Position numbers and translations under genes: made by a program. A stretch of DNA of 62,367 nt, the filler included, from Globobulimina sp. (lineage: Eukaryota): assembly GCA_003354225.1 (NCBI GenBank). It is 32 parts of 32 records of this genome, joined end to end, with 100 filler letters (N's around TTAATTAATTAA, not from the genome) between each part and the next. Parts side by side here need not be neighbours in the genome. Positions count along the whole stretch, not along the records: positions 60,517 to 62,367 come from PIVH01011240.1; 31 more parts are not named here. One strand, written 5' to 3'. Of this stretch, positions 60,517 to 62,367 are shown piece by piece (position 1 is the first letter of the stretch; each line of letters opens with the position of its first letter). The notes beneath the pieces are model-generated. The model saw only the letters and a list, made by a program, of their open reading frames with translations, was not told the DNA's origin and did no database searches.

Positions 60517-62336
60517 GAATCCTTAGGTTTCTTCAACCAATCCGGACCATGCCACCAGAAAGATAAATCTGTTAATTCTTTCATATCCATACCTCTGCTA
60601 GGTAAATCAGCCAGATTATCAGTTGTAGCAACATACCGAAATGTGCATCGTCCCTTGTTGGCTTTAATGTGTTGTAACCGTCGTTCAACAAACACCGATA
60701 AAGACTTTTTGCTAGTCAGCCAATGTAAGACGGCCTTTGAGTCCGTCCAAAGTGTCACTGCCGAAATAGGTAAATGGAGGTGTTTCTCGACAAACTTGAG
60801 ACAGTTAATGCCAATGAACATTCCCAATAATTCCAGTCTGGGAATACTGACGTCCTTTTGAGGGGCTAATCTCGTTTTGGAAAAAACCAAATCCATTCGC
60901 ACTTCCTCCGGAGTTGTTTGACGTAAGTAAATCACCATGGCATAACTTTTCCCGGAAGCATCACAGAAACACAGTAATTCATACTCTGGTTTCCCTTTTT
61001 GAAAACCAATATAACGTGGAATTTGATGGTCTGGAATAGCCTGCAAACACACAGCTATTTCTTTCCACTTTGCCGTTAGTTCCTCGTCAAATTTCATATC
61101 CCAATCCATTTGTCGTGCCCACAATTCCTGCACGAACAGTTTAGCCTTCACAAGTACAGGCGAGAAATATCCCAATGGATCATAAATGGAGGGAATGGCT
61201 TTGAATACTTGACGTTTAGTGTTGGCACACATCATTTGTGCTGCGTCAGGACCCGGAATAGTTAACAGATCATCTGTTATATCCCATTTGATTCCTAACA
61301 CCTTTGTGGATTTAGTGACGATTTTGTCATCATCGGGAATATTCTTCATAACAGTTTCAGATGATGATGCCCATTCACGCAAATTCATAGAAGCTTTGGC
61401 AAAAATTTCCTTAGCCTCTTTTCGAAATTGTATTGCATCTTCTTCAGAATCAACTCCAGTGACCAGATTGTCTACATACAAATCCATCATAATTTGCCTA
61501 GCAATGTCACTGTCTATCTGACTTAAATGATACAAAATTGTTTGAGCCAGCAAAGTTGGGCTGGATCTCGTTCCGAATGGCATCATAATATATCTGTACT
61601 TTTGAATATTCCGTTCCACATGCTTTTTTGTGATATCTTTCAACCACAAGAAACGAATGGCATCTCTATCATCTTCGGTCAAACGAATCTGCAGAAAAGC
61701 TCCTTCTATATCTGCAATTAATGGAATTTTATGTAAACGAAACCGCATCAACATTCCACAGAGATCCTCCAACAATATGGGTCCTCTATACAAACAATCA
61801 TTCAGACTATTGTTCGTTTTCTTAGTTTTAGCTGATGCATCGAATACAATACGAAGTTTCGTTGTACTTTTAGATGGAGTTATGACCGGATGATGAGGTA
61901 TGTAATGTTTATGGGGACCTTCCTTTGTGTCCTCCAACACCTTTTCAATAATCCCATTCTTTTCTTGTTCCGCAAACTTAGCAGTATATTTTTGGAACAA
62001 TTCCGGATCTTTTTCAAATCTTGGCAGAAGAGACCGCAAGCGTCCTACTGACAAGGCATAATTATCCGGTAAATTAGGATTTTCAACATCTTTCCAAGGC
62101 CACGATACTTCATATCGGCCATCGACAAATTTAACCGTTTTGTTGAAATGCTCAATAGCTTTGTCGTCATCTGAATCATGAGGAGATTCTTTGATACCAA
62201 TAGTTTCCAAATCCCAAAACTGAGTGAGATTGGGTTCATACAACAAAGATTTATCTGGGGAAGTGAGCATTGATACTTCCGTCTGCAAAGCAACAGGCTC
62301 CAGACAAGTGGACATGACAAACATGCTTGGTTCCAC
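60517..62336 (-). mobile_element. BEL/Pao LTR retrotransposon pol (RT + RNase H), partial
   Basis: FWDLE.IGI, YIPHHPV, KLRIVFDAS, SLNDCL..GP, ADIEGAFLQI, YVDN, YDPLG, FCDAS, IPRLEL, WTDS, NLAD..SRG, WWHGP. Confidence 0.96.
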
Positions 62337-62367
62337 CTTTTTACATGCATTTTCATTTTCAACTCTT

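Overview
This window is not one locus. It is 32 short contigs (1853 down to 1851 nt, apparently sorted by length) joined by 31 artificial 100-nt linkers (44 N + TTAATTAATTAA + 44 N), so adjacency across linkers means nothing. Most contigs come from an AT-rich, gene-dense microbial eukaryote with short GT-AG introns (about 40-190 nt). The gene repertoire and style (PT-repeat surface proteins, RING-TRAF proteins, a recurrent LLVDGYIR motif) suggest a foraminiferan or other rhizarian; this is inference. Recognisable genes include a TLC/NTT nucleotide transporter, a MINDY-3/4 deubiquitinase, a vWA membrane protein, a divergent actin, a STAT-type SH2 protein, Tra2, a DH-PH-FYVE RhoGEF, an S10 carboxypeptidase, GH16, RMND1, a TRP channel, a VTC subunit and Ariadne. 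Mobile DNA includes a foldback MITE, a broken DDE transposase, a very divergent non-LTR reverse transcriptase and a BEL/Pao pol. The most striking item is non-coding contig 17578-19430. It is densely structured and carries a minimal type I hammerhead ribozyme (18807-18844), three 37-nt hairpin repeats with compensatory base changes, and two tandem pseudoknot-like units. All calls are from motif reading by eye; no searches were run.
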